IMG/VR virus record: IMGVR_UViG_2879736954_000011
From: a virus
Lineage: Duplodnaviria; Heunggongvirae; Uroviricota; Caudoviricetes
Reading direction: 5' to 3' (one strand)
DNA: 17,009 nucleotides
Shown here: one piece after another, positions 8,464 to 16,628 of the stretch
Position numbering within the stretch: position 1 is the stretch's first letter
Layout of the letters: each line of letters begins with the position of its first letter
Position numbers and translations under genes: made by a program
The notes under the pieces: generated by a model
Databases searched by the model: none
What the model was told of the DNA's origin: nothing
Seen by the model: only the letters and a program-made list of their open reading frames with translations

Positions 8464-8832
8464 TCAGGCGGCTTTGATAGTCATATCATCTGAATCAAAT
8501 ATTCCTGATGTATCGATATCGGTAATTCTTATTCCTTCGCTACCATCCATTGGAGGCCATCCTTCCTGACCATTTCCATCATTCCAGTCGAACTCACACA
8601 CAACACCATATGCATTTAAGTCGCTTGAAATTGCTATAAGCAGAGCATGTTGCGCCAGCATGATTAATACAGCATTTAATACAGAACCGTGTTTATTGAG
8701 TCGGTATTCAGAGTCTGACCAGAAATTATTAATCTGGTGAAGTTTTTCCTCTGTCATTACGTCATGGTCGATTTCAATTTCTATTGATGCTTTCCAGTCG
8801 TAATCAATGATGTATTTTTTGATGTTTGACAT
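8464..8832 (-). CDS. ea10: Ea10 (lambda early-left protein, putative ssDNA-binding)
   Basis: 122 aa MSNIKKYIIDYDWKASIEIEIDHDVMTEEKLHQINNFWSDSEYRLNKHG... matches lambda Ea10. Confidence 0.9.
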   Translation of the reverse strand: MSNIKKYIIDYDWKASIEIEIDHDVMTEEKLHQINNFWSDSEYRLNKHGSVLNAVLIMLAQHALLIAISSDLNAYGVVCEFDWNDGNGQEGWPPMDGSEGIRITDIDTSGIFDSDDMTIKAA

Positions 8833-8850
8833 CTATTCATATCCTCACAG

Positions 8851-8879
8851 AAAAAAATTGCCCTCACACTGGAGGGCAA
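8851..8879 (-). terminator. Intrinsic terminator between ral and ea10 (minus strand)
   Basis: Minus strand TTGCCCTC-CAGTGT-GAGGGCAA (8-bp stem) followed by TTTTTTT, directly upstream of the ea10 RBS. Confidence 0.6.
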
Positions 8880-9034
8880 AGAAGATTTCCAATAATCAGA
8901 ACAAGTCGGCTCCTGTTTAGTTACGAGCGACATTGCTCCGTGTATTCACTCGTTGGAATGAATACACAGTGCAGTGTTTATTCTGTTATTTATGCCAAAA
9001 ATAAAGGCCACTATCAGGCAGCTTTGTTGTTCTG

Positions 9035-9214
9035 TTAACCAAGTTCTCTGGCAATCATTGCCGTCGTTCGTATTGCCCATTTATCGACATATTTCCCATC
9101 TTCCATTACAGGAAACATTTCTTCAGGCTTAACCATGCATTCCGATTGCAGCTTGCATCCATTGCATCGCTTGAATTGTCCACACCATTGATTTTTATCA
9201 ATAGTCGTAGTCAT
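9035..9214 (-). CDS. ral: Ral (restriction alleviation), 59 codons here; in-frame TAA where I recall Lys60 in 66-aa lambda Ral
   Basis: Manual translation from ATG at 9214: MTTTIDKNQWCGQ...RTTAMIARELG then TAA (plus-strand TTA at 9035-9037); remaining codons to 9014 read QNNKAA-stop in frame. Confidence 0.75.
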   Translation of the reverse strand: MTTTIDKNQWCGQFKRCNGCKLQSECMVKPEEMFPVMEDGKYVDKWAIRTTAMIARELG

Positions 9215-9284
9215 ACGGATAGTCCTGGTATTGTTCCATCACATCCTGAGGATGCTCTTCGAACTCTTCAAATTCTTCTTCCAT
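9198..9284 (-). CDS. orf28-like small acidic ORF overlapping the ral start
   Basis: GAGGTG RBS + ATG at 9284; MEEEFEEFEEHPQDVMEQYQDYPYDYDY (28 aa); overlaps ral by 17 nt. Confidence 0.55.
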   Translation of the reverse strand: MEEEFEEFEEHPQDVMEQYQDYPYDYDY

Positions 9285-9484
9285 ATATCACCTCAAATAA
9301 GTTGTTTGCTGCGAAAGTAAATACGCTTAAGTTACCTGTTATTTATTCCACCAAGTTCCGTATCTATCTATCCAGTTACACCAATCATCGACACTCCATT
9401 TTGTTGTGTCGCATTTTGGCAACTGGCATGAATATCTACCTTCTTTGTAAAGTCGGCGTTTGACTTTCTTGAGCATGGCTCACC

Positions 9485-9817
9485 TCAATCGTAATAAGCT
9501 GGAATTGATTTTCCGCGTTGCTTCTGGCGGCCTGAGCAAGTCACACCCATTTCACAGCGTGGCTTGCTGTACCATGTGCGCTGATTCTTGCGCTCAATAC
9601 GTTGCAGGTTGCTTTCAATCTGTTCGTGGTATTCAGCCAGCACCGTAAGGTCTATCGGATTCAGTGCGCTTTCTACTCGTGATTTCGGTTTGCGATTCAG
9701 CGAGAGAATAGGGCAGTTAACTGGTTTTGCGCTTACCCCAACCAACAGGGGATTTGCTGCTTTCCATTGAGCCTGTTTCTCTGCGCGACGTTCGCGGCGG
9801 CGTGCTTGTGCATCCAT
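9485..9817 (-). CDS. N: N antitermination protein (lambda N-like, divergent C-terminus)
   Basis: MDAQARRRERRAEKQAQWKAANPLLVGVSAKPVN... arginine-rich motif at N-terminus; AGGAGA RBS; about 90% identical to lambda N by eye, C-terminal tail differs (…GKSIPAYYD). Confidence 0.9.
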   Translation of the reverse strand: MDAQARRRERRAEKQAQWKAANPLLVGVSAKPVNCPILSLNRKPKSRVESALNPIDLTVLAEYHEQIESNLQRIERKNQRTWYSKPRCEMGVTCSGRQKQRGKSIPAYYD

Positions 9818-9927
9818 CTGGATTCTCCTGTCAGTTAGCTTTGAGTAACGCGCCGTGATGCTTATCTCCACGGTTGCTGTCTTGCAGCTGCATTTCGCGC
9901 TACTCAAAGCCTTCTGCTTTGAATGCT

Positions 9928-9958
9928 GCCCTTCTTCAGGGCTAAATTTTTAAGAGCC
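9928..9958 (-). promoter_or_regulatory. nutL (boxA + boxB) N-utilisation site
   Basis: Minus strand GGCTCTTA (boxA-like) then GCCCTGAAGAAGGGC (boxB hairpin) upstream of N. Confidence 0.8.
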
Positions 9959-9991
9959 TCACCTTCAATGGTGGTCAGTGCGTCCTGCTGA

Positions 9992-10062
9992 TGTGCTCAG
10001 TATCACCGCTAGTGGTATTTATGTCAACACCGCCAGAGATAATTTATCACCGCAGATGGTTA
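9992..10062 (-). promoter_or_regulatory. pL promoter with oL1-oL3 operators
   Basis: Minus-strand -35 TTGACA (10022-10027) and -10 GATACT (9999-10004); operator 17-mers TATCACCGCTAGTGGTA, CAACACCGCCAGAGATA, TATCACCGCAGATGGTT. Confidence 0.85.
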
Positions 10063-10206
10063 TCTGTATGTTTTTTATATGAATTTATTTTTTGCAGGGG
10101 GCATTGTTTGGTAGGTGAGAGATCTGAATTGCTATGTTTAGTGAGTTGTATCTATTTATTTTTCAATAAATACAATTGGTTATGTGTTTTGGGGGCGATC
10201 GTGAGG

Positions 10207-10233
10207 CAAAGAAAACCCGGCGCTGAGGCCGGG
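10207..10233 (-). terminator. Intrinsic terminator after rexB (timm-like)
   Basis: Minus strand CCCGGCCTCAGCGCCGGG hairpin followed by TTTTCTTTG, immediately after the rexB stop. Confidence 0.6.
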
Positions 10234-10668
10234 TTATTCTTGTTCTCTGGTCAAATTATATAGTTGGAAAACAAGGATGCATATATGAATGAACGATGCA
10301 GAGGCAATGCCGATGGCGATAGTGGGTATCATGTAGCCGCTTATGCTGGAAAGAAGCAATAACCCGCAGAAAAACAAAGCTCCAAGCTCAACAAAACTAA
10401 GGGCATAGACAATAACTACCGATGTCATATACCCATACTCTCTAATCTTGGCCAGTCGGCGCGTTCTGCTTCCGATTAGAAACGTCAAGGCAGCAATCAG
10501 GATTGCAATCATGGTTCCTGCATATGATGACAATGTCGCCCCAAGACCATCTCTATGAGCTGAAAAAGAAACACCAGGAATGTAGTGGCGGAAAAGGAGA
10601 TAGCAAATGCTTACGATAACGTAAGGAATTATTACTATGTAAACACCAGGCATGATTCTGTTCCGCAT
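10234..10668 (-). CDS. rexB: RexB (membrane component of the Rex exclusion system)
   Basis: 144 aa hydrophobic protein matching lambda RexB. Confidence 0.9.
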   Translation of the reverse strand: MRNRIMPGVYIVIIPYVIVSICYLLFRHYIPGVSFSAHRDGLGATLSSYAGTMIAILIAALTFLIGSRTRRLAKIREYGYMTSVVIVYALSFVELGALFFCGLLLLSSISGYMIPTIAIGIASASFIHICILVFQLYNLTREQE

Positions 10669-10683
10669 AATTACTCCTGATAA

Positions 10684-11523
10684 TTAATCCTTAACTTTGC
10701 CCACCTGCCTTTTAAAACATTCCAGTATATCACTTTTCATTCTTGCGTAGCAATATGCCATCTCTTCAGCTATCTCAGCATTGGTGACCTTGTTTAGAGG
10801 CGCTGAGAGATGGCCTTTTTCTGATAGATAATGTTCTGTTAAAATATCTCCGGCCTCATCTTTTGCCCGCAGGCTAATGTCTGAAAATTGAGGTGACGGG
10901 TTAAAAATAATATCCTTGGCAACCTTTTTTATATCCCTTTTAAATTTTGGCTTAATGACTATATCCAATGAGTCAAAAAGCTCCCCTTCAATATCTGTTG
11001 CCCCTAAGACCTTTAATATATCGCCAAATACAGGTAGCTTGGCTTCTACCTTCACCGTTGTTCGGCCGATGAAATGCATATGCATAACATCGTCTTTGGT
11101 GGTTCCCCTCATCAGTGGCTCTATCTGAACGCGCTCTCCACTGCTTAATGACATTCCTTTCCCGATTAAAAAATCTGTCAGATCGGATGTGGTCGGCCCG
11201 AAAACAGTTCTGGCAAAACCAATGGTGTCGCCTTCAACAAACAAAAAAGATGGGAATCCCAATGATTCGTCATCTGCGAGGCTGTTCTTAATATCTTCAA
11301 CTGAAGCTTTAGAGCGATTTATCTTCTGAACCAGACTCTTGTCATTTGTTTTGGTAAAGAGAAAAGTTTTTCCATCGATTTTATGAATATACAAATAATT
11401 GGAGCCAACCTGCAGGTGATGATTATCAGCCAGCAGAGAATTAAGGAAAACAGACAGGTTTATTGAGCGCTTATCTTTCCCTTTATTTTTGCTGCGGTAA
11501 GTCGCATAAAAACCATTCTTCAT
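10684..11523 (-). CDS. rexA: RexA (sensor component of the Rex abortive-infection system)
   Basis: 279 aa MKNGFYATYRSKNKGKDKRSINLSVFLNSLLADNHHLQVGSNYLYIHKIDGKTF... matches lambda RexA. Confidence 0.9.
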   Translation of the reverse strand: MKNGFYATYRSKNKGKDKRSINLSVFLNSLLADNHHLQVGSNYLYIHKIDGKTFLFTKTNDKSLVQKINRSKASVEDIKNSLADDESLGFPSFLFVEGDTIGFARTVFGPTTSDLTDFLIGKGMSLSSGERVQIEPLMRGTTKDDVMHMHFIGRTTVKVEAKLPVFGDILKVLGATDIEGELFDSLDIVIKPKFKRDIKKVAKDIIFNPSPQFSDISLRAKDEAGDILTEHYLSEKGHLSAPLNKVTNAEIAEEMAYCYARMKSDILECFKRQVGKVKD

Positions 11524-11635
11524 AATTCAATCCATTTACTATGTTATGTTCTGAGGGGAGTGAAAATTCCCCTAATTCGATGAAGATTCTTGCTCAATTG
11601 TTATCAGCTATGCGCCGACCAGAACACCTTGCCGA

Positions 11636-12352
<717 letters not shown>

Positions 12353-12359
12353 TTAAATC

Positions 12360-12425
12360 TATCACCGCAAGGGATAAATATCTAACACCGTGCGTGTTGA
12401 CTATTTTACCTCTGGCGGTGATAAT
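12360..12425. promoter_or_regulatory. oR3-oR2-oR1 operators with divergent pRM and pR promoters
   Basis: TATCACCGCAAGGGATA (12360-12376), TAACACCGTGCGTGTTG (12383-12399), TACCTCTGGCGGTGATA (12407-12423); pR -35 TTGACT and -10 GATAAT upstream of cro. Confidence 0.9.
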
Positions 12426-12440
12426 GGTTGCATGTACTAA

Positions 12441-12650
<210 letters not shown>

Positions 12651-12657
12651 ATAACCC

Positions 12658-12689
12658 CGCTCTTACACATTCCAGCCCTGAAAAAGGGC
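12658..12689 (+). promoter_or_regulatory. nutR (boxA CGCTCTTAC + boxB GCCCTGAAAAAGGGC)
   Basis: Exact boxA and boxB hairpin motifs immediately downstream of cro. Confidence 0.85.
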
Positions 12690-12764
12690 ATCAAATTAAA
12701 CCACACCTATGGTGTATGCATTTATTTGCATACATTCAATCAATTGTTATCTAAGGAAATACTT

Positions 12765-12800
12765 ACATATGGTTCGTGCAAACAAACGCAACGAGGCTCT
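12765..12800 (-). promoter_or_regulatory. pRE-type CII-activated promoter region (TTGC-N6-TTGC)
   Basis: Minus-strand TTGCGTTTGTTTGC overlapping the start of cII, the position of the CII binding site in lambda. Confidence 0.45.
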
Positions 12801-13062
12801 ACGAATCGAGAGTGCGTTGCTTAACAAAATCGCAATGCTTGGAACTGAGAAGACAGCGGAAGCTGTGGGCGTTGATAAGTCGCAGATCAGCAGGTGGAAG
12901 AGGGACTGGATTCCAAAGTTCTCAATGCTGCTTGCTGTTCTTGAATGGGGGGTCGTTGACGACGACATGGCTCGATTGGCGCGACAAGTTGCTGCGATTC
13001 TCACCAATAAAAAACGCCCGGCGGCAACCGAGCGTTCTGAACAAATCCAGATGGAGTTCTGA
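12769..13062 (+). CDS. cII: CII transcriptional activator
   Basis: 97 aa from internal ATG 12769: MVRANKRNEALRIESALLNKIAMLGTEKTAEAVGVDKSQISRWKRDWIPKFSMLLAVLEWG... Confidence 0.9.
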   Translation: MVRANKRNEALRIESALLNKIAMLGTEKTAEAVGVDKSQISRWKRDWIPKFSMLLAVLEWGVVDDDMARLARQVAAILTNKKRPAATERSEQIQMEF

Positions 13063-13084
13063 GGTCATTACTGGATCTATCAAC
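13008..13084 (-). ncRNA. oop: OOP antisense RNA (about 77 nt) overlapping the 3' end of cII
   Basis: Minus-strand sequence GTTGATAGATCCAGTAATGACCTCAG...CGCTCGGTTGCCGCCGGGCGTTTTTTATT with terminal hairpin and U-tract, matching lambda OOP from memory. Confidence 0.6.
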
Positions 13085-13094
13085 AGGAGTCATT

Positions 13095-13994
13095 ATGACA
13101 AATACAGCAAAAATACTCAACTTCGGCAGAGGTAACTTTGCCGGACAGGAGCGTAATGTGGCAGATCTCGATGATGGTTACGCCAGACTATCAAATATGC
13201 TGCTTGAGGCTTATTCGGGCGCAGATCTGACCAAGCGACAGTTTAAAGTGCTGCTTGCCATTCTGCGTAAAACCTATGGGTGGAATAAACCAATGGACAG
13301 AATCACCGATTCTCAACTTAGCGAGATTACAAAGTTACCCGTCAAACGGTGCAATGAAGCCAAGTTAGAACTCGTCAGAATGAATATTATCAAGCAGCAA
13401 GGCGGCATGTTTGGACCAAATAAAAACATCTCAGAATGGTGCATCCCTCAAAACGAGGGAAAATCCCCTAAAACGAGGGATAAAACATCCCTCAAATTGG
13501 GGGATTGCTATCCCTCAAAACAGGGGGACACAAAAGACACTATTACAAAAGAAAAAAGAAAAGATTATTCGTCCGAGAATTCTGGCGAATCCTCTGACCA
13601 GCCAGAAAACGATCTTTCTGTGGTTAAACCGGATGCTGCAATTCAGAGCGGCAGCAAGTGGGGGACAGCAGAAGACCTGACCGCCGCAGAGTGGATGTTT
13701 GACATGGTGAAGACCATCGCGCCATCAGCCAGAAAACCGAATTTTGCAGGGTGGGCTAACGATATCCGCCTGATGCGTGAACGTGACGGACGTAACCACC
13801 GCGACATGTGCGTGCTGTTCCGCTGGGCATGCCAGGACAACTTCTGGTCCGGTAACGTGCTGAGTCCGGCCAAACTCCGCGACAAGTGGACCCAGCTCGA
13901 AATCAACCGAAACAAGCAACAGGCTGGCGTGACAGCCGGCAAACCAAAACTCGACCTGACGAACACTGACTGGATTTACGGGGTGGATTTATGA
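13095..13994 (+). CDS. O: Replication initiator O
   Basis: 299 aa MTNTAKILNFGRGNFAGQERNVADLDDGYARLSNMLLEAYSG... matches lambda O. Confidence 0.95.
   Translation: MTNTAKILNFGRGNFAGQERNVADLDDGYARLSNMLLEAYSGADLTKRQFKVLLAILRKTYGWNKPMDRITDSQLSEITKLPVKRCNEAKLELVRMNIIKQQGGMFGPNKNISEWCIPQNEGKSPKTRDKTSLKLGDCYPSKQGDTKDTITKEKRKDYSSENSGESSDQPENDLSVVKPDAAIQSGSKWGTAEDLTAAEWMFDMVKTIAPSARKPNFAGWANDIRLMRERDGRNHRDMCVLFRWACQDNFWSGNVLSPAKLRDKWTQLEINRNKQQAGVTAGKPKLDLTNTDWIYGVDL
13443..13572 (+). repeat. ori-lambda: four iterons plus AT-rich region inside the O gene
   Basis: ATCCCTCAAAACGAGGGA / AAATCCCCTAAAACGAGGGA / ACATCCCTCAAATTGGGGGA / ATCCCTCAAAACAGGGGGA followed by the AAAAGAAAAAAGAAAAG tract. Confidence 0.8.
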
Positions 13995-14692
13995 AAAACA
14001 TCGCCGCACAGATGGTTAACTTTGACCGTGAGCAGATGCGCCGGATCGCCAACAATATGCCGGAACAGTACGACGAAAAGCCGCAGGTACAGCAGGTAGC
14101 GCAGATCATCAACGGTGTGTTCAGCCAGTTACTGGCAACTTTCCCGGCGAGCCTGGCTAACCGTGACCAGAATGAACTGAACGAAATCCGCCGCCAGTGG
14201 GTTCTGGCTTTCCGGGAAAACGGGATCACCACAATGGAACAGGTTAACGCTGGAATGCGCGTAGCCCGTCGGCAGAATCGACCATTCCTGCCATCACCCG
14301 GGCAGTTTGTCGCCTGGTGCCGGGAAGAAGCATCTGTTAACGCCGGGCTGCCAAACGTCAGCGAGCTGGTTGATATGGTTTACGAGTATTGCCGGAAGCG
14401 TGGCCTGTATCCGGATGCAGAGTCTTATCCGTGGAAATCGAACGCGCATTACTGGTTGGTTACCAACTTGTACCAGAACATGCGGGCCAATGCGCTGGCT
14501 GACGCGGAATTACGGCGCAAGGCTGCCGATGAACTGACCTGTATGACAGCGCGAATTAACCGTGGTGAGACGATACCTGAACCAGTAAAACAACTTCCTG
14601 TTATGGGCGGTAGACCTCTAAATCGTGCACAGGCTCTGGCGAAGATCGCAGAAATTAAAGCTAAGTTCGGACTGAAAGGAGCAAGTGTATGA
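13991..14692 (+). CDS. P: Replication protein P (DnaB helicase loader)
   Basis: 233 aa MKNIAAQMVNFDREQMRRIANNMPEQYDEKPQVQQVAQIINGVFSQLLATF... matches lambda P; ATGA overlap with O. Confidence 0.95.
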   Translation: MKNIAAQMVNFDREQMRRIANNMPEQYDEKPQVQQVAQIINGVFSQLLATFPASLANRDQNELNEIRRQWVLAFRENGITTMEQVNAGMRVARRQNRPFLPSPGQFVAWCREEASVNAGLPNVSELVDMVYEYCRKRGLYPDAESYPWKSNAHYWLVTNLYQNMRANALADAELRRKAADELTCMTARINRGETIPEPVKQLPVMGGRPLNRAQALAKIAEIKAKFGLKGASV

Positions 14693-14979
14693 CGGGCAAA
14701 GAGGCAATTATTCATTACCTGGGGACGCATAAGAGCTTCTGTGCACAGGACGTTGCCGCGGTAACAGGCGCAACCGTAACCAGCATAAATCAGGCTGCGG
14801 CTAAAATGGCGCGGGCAGGAATCCTGGTCGTTGATGGTAAGGTCTGGCGAACGGTGTATTACCGGTTCGCTACCAGAGAAGAATGGGAAGGAAAGGTGAG
14901 CACGAATCTGATTTTTAAGGAGTGTCGCCAGAGTGCCGCGATGAAACGGGTATTGGCGGTATATGGAGTTAAAAGATGA
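14689..14979 (+). CDS. ren: Ren (Rex exclusion protection)
   Basis: 96 aa MTGKEAIIHYLGTHKSFCAQDVAAVTGATVTSINQAAAKMARAG...; overlaps P stop. Confidence 0.9.
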   Translation: MTGKEAIIHYLGTHKSFCAQDVAAVTGATVTSINQAAAKMARAGILVVDGKVWRTVYYRFATREEWEGKVSTNLIFKECRQSAAMKRVLAVYGVKR

Positions 14980-15004
14980 CCATCTACATTACTGAGCTAA
15001 TAAC

Positions 15005-15036
15005 AGGCCTGCTGGTAATCGCAGGCCTTTTTATTT
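15005..15036 (+). terminator. tR2-type intrinsic terminator
   Basis: AGGCCTGC-TGGTAATC-GCAGGCCT (8-bp stem) followed by TTTTATTT, between ren and ninB. Confidence 0.7.
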
Positions 15037-15052
15037 GGGGGAGAGGGAAGTC

Positions 15053-15493
15053 ATGAAAAAACTAACCTTTGAAATTCGATCTCCAGCACATCAGCAAAAC
15101 GCTATTCACGCAGTACAGCAAATTCTTCCAGACCCAACCAAACCAATCGTAGTAACCATTCAGGAACGCAACCGCAGCTTAGACCAAAACCGAAAGCTTT
15201 GGGCTTGCCTTGGTGACGTCTCTCGTCAGGTTGAATGGCATGGTCGCTGGCTGGATGCAGAAAGCTGGAAGTGTGTGTTTACCGCAGCATTAAAGCAGCA
15301 GGACGTTGTTCCTAACCTTGCCGGGAATGGCTTTGTGGTAATAGGCCAGTCAACCAGCAGGATGCGTGTAAGCGAATTTGCGGAGCTATTAGAGCTTATA
15401 CAGGCATTCGGTACAGAGCGTGGCGTTAAGTGGTCAGACGAAGCGCGACTAGCTCTCGAATGGAAAGCGCGATGGGGAGATCGGGCTGCATGA
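15053..15493 (+). CDS. ninB: NinB (Orf-family recombination mediator)
   Basis: 146 aa from ATG 15053 (GAGAGGGAAG RBS): MKKLTFEIRSPAHQQNAIHAVQQILPDPTKPIVVTIQERNRSLDQNRKLWACLGDVSRQ... Confidence 0.9.
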   Translation: MKKLTFEIRSPAHQQNAIHAVQQILPDPTKPIVVTIQERNRSLDQNRKLWACLGDVSRQVEWHGRWLDAESWKCVFTAALKQQDVVPNLAGNGFVVIGQSTSRMRVSEFAELLELIQAFGTERGVKWSDEARLALEWKARWGDRAA

Positions 15494-15819
15494 CTATCAA
15501 ATCAAATACGCCAGCACACGACAAGGACTGCTGGCAAACGCCGCTTTGGCTTTTTGATGCACTGGATATTGAGTTTGGATTCTGGCTGGATTCGGCAGCG
15601 AGCGACAAAAATGCTCTGTGCGCTCACTGGTTAACTGAGGCCGACGACGCGCTAAATTCTGAGTGGATAAGCCACGGTGCAATCTGGAATAACCCACCGT
15701 ACAGCAATATCAGGCCGTGGGTGGAAAAAGCCGCTGAGCAGTGCATACAACAGCGACAGACGGTAGTGATGCTTGTGCCAGAGGATATGTCTGTCGGATG
15801 GTTCAGCAAGAGAGCATGA
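15490..15819 (+). CDS. Phage DNA N6-adenine methyltransferase (Dam-like), probably 3'-truncated
   Basis: 109 aa from ATG overlapping the ninB stop (ATGA); N-terminal DKDCWQTPLWLFDALDIEFGF and catalytic NPPY motif (IWNNPPYSN); ends about 30 aa after NPPY, shorter than I expect for this family. Confidence 0.6.
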   Translation: MTIKSNTPAHDKDCWQTPLWLFDALDIEFGFWLDSAASDKNALCAHWLTEADDALNSEWISHGAIWNNPPYSNIRPWVEKAAEQCIQQRQTVVMLVPEDMSVGWFSKRA

Positions 15820-15901
15820 AAAACCTCGGGGCAGCCATCGAATGATGCCATCTACAGGGGTTAAAATAACCACCATCATTTCATAACAATACCTGCTGAC
15901 T

Positions 15902-16492
15902 ATGAAGATCTACGTCATCAAAATAGCAGTTCATGGAGTCAGTCCGATGGTCTGGCGTCGGCTGAGAATTGCTGCCGACACGTCACTGGCCGCGCTTCAC
16001 TTCATTTTCCAGATAGTGCAGGGCTGGGGGGACGACCATCTCCATCAATTTCACATTTATGGCAAAGATTACGGTATCTCCTACGAAGGAGGCATCGGTT
16101 TTGTCGATAATCCGTTCCGGGTCGTGATTGATGATTTTGCTTTTGATGCTGGCGATCGCTTTACCTATGAATACAATTTCTTTGAGCACTGGCTTCATGA
16201 CATTCGTGTTGAGGCCATTTATGAAAACTCTACGCTGAAAGCGCCGTTTTGTATAAGCGGCCATGGTATGCCCGGAGCCACAGCTGCGGATGAGTTCGAT
16301 AAAACCCTGGCGTTTCTTGAAGCTATCGTTAATGCGGATGATGAAACAACGGTCGGCGAGATCCGCCCTTTTGCTGACGACCTGGATGCTGTCAGGTTCA
16401 ACCGCCACAAAATCAACCGGCAACTGAGCAGGCTCGACCTTGCATCTCCGGTACTGGAGCCTGAAGTTATCTGGCTGGGCCGTCGTCGCTGA
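15902..16492 (+). CDS. PRiA4_ORF3-family protein (plasmid pRiA4b ORF-3-like), unknown function
   Basis: 196 aa; N-terminal pattern Y.IKI...V.P.VWRRL.I..D.SL..LH..IQ...GW.DDHLH.F and FTYEYNF..W.H.I.VE, which I recognise as the PRiA4_ORF3 domain signature; no obvious RBS. Confidence 0.55.
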   Translation: MKIYVIKIAVHGVSPMVWRRLRIAADTSLAALHFIFQIVQGWGDDHLHQFHIYGKDYGISYEGGIGFVDNPFRVVIDDFAFDAGDRFTYEYNFFEHWLHDIRVEAIYENSTLKAPFCISGHGMPGATAADEFDKTLAFLEAIVNADDETTVGEIRPFADDLDAVRFNRHKINRQLSRLDLASPVLEPEVIWLGRRR

Positions 16493-16493
16493 C

Positions 16494-16580
16494 TGATGTC
16501 TATAAAGGTATACGTTTTCAGCATGCCTCTCAGATCCCCGAAAAAATGTCTATAAACCTCCCTAAATCAGTGTTTATGGA
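16494..16580 (+). promoter_or_regulatory. Candidate recombinase binding region (res-like) upstream of the serine recombinase gene
   Basis: Direct 11-bp repeat ATGTCTATAAA at 16496-16506 and 16546-16556, plus imperfect inverted partner GTTTATGGA at 16572-16580 (TCTATAAAC...GTTTATGGA). Confidence 0.3.
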
Positions 16581-16628
16581 TTATTCTTTAAATCTCTATG
16601 ATGTTTAAAGACCTTCCGGAGGTTTTGC

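Noticed and set aside
8457-8472. GCCGC-GCTCAG-GCGGC palindrome overlapping the ea10 stop codon
   Set aside because: Short stem with no U-tract on the transcribed (minus) strand; likely incidental
8940-8967. 9-bp inverted repeat GTGTATTCA...TGAATACAC between ral and ea10
   Set aside because: Clear in sequence but no adjacent U-tract or recognisable binding-site consensus; could be an RNA structure or processing site in the pL transcript, function not inferable here
9215-9484. Only about 200 bp between orf28 and N, where I recall lambda carrying sieB
   Set aside because: I cannot reliably place sieB in lambda from memory, and N here also has a divergent C-terminus, so this may simply be a natural variant lacking that gene; needs alignment to confirm
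9146-9648. Plus-strand ORFs 9146..9463 and 9460..9648 in the ral-N interval
   Set aside because: The real genes here (ral, orf28, N) are on the minus strand; the plus-strand translations are low-complexity and lack RBSs
10001-10017. oL1 reads TATCACCGCTAGTGGTA, one base different from the TATCACCGCCAGTGGTA I recall for lambda
   Set aside because: Single-base recall of the reference is not reliable enough to call an operator mutation; flagged only for alignment-based checking
15983-16524. Minus-strand ORFs (146 and 101 aa) overlapping the PRiA4_ORF3 gene
   Set aside because: Antisense to an ORF with a recognisable domain signature; no independent support
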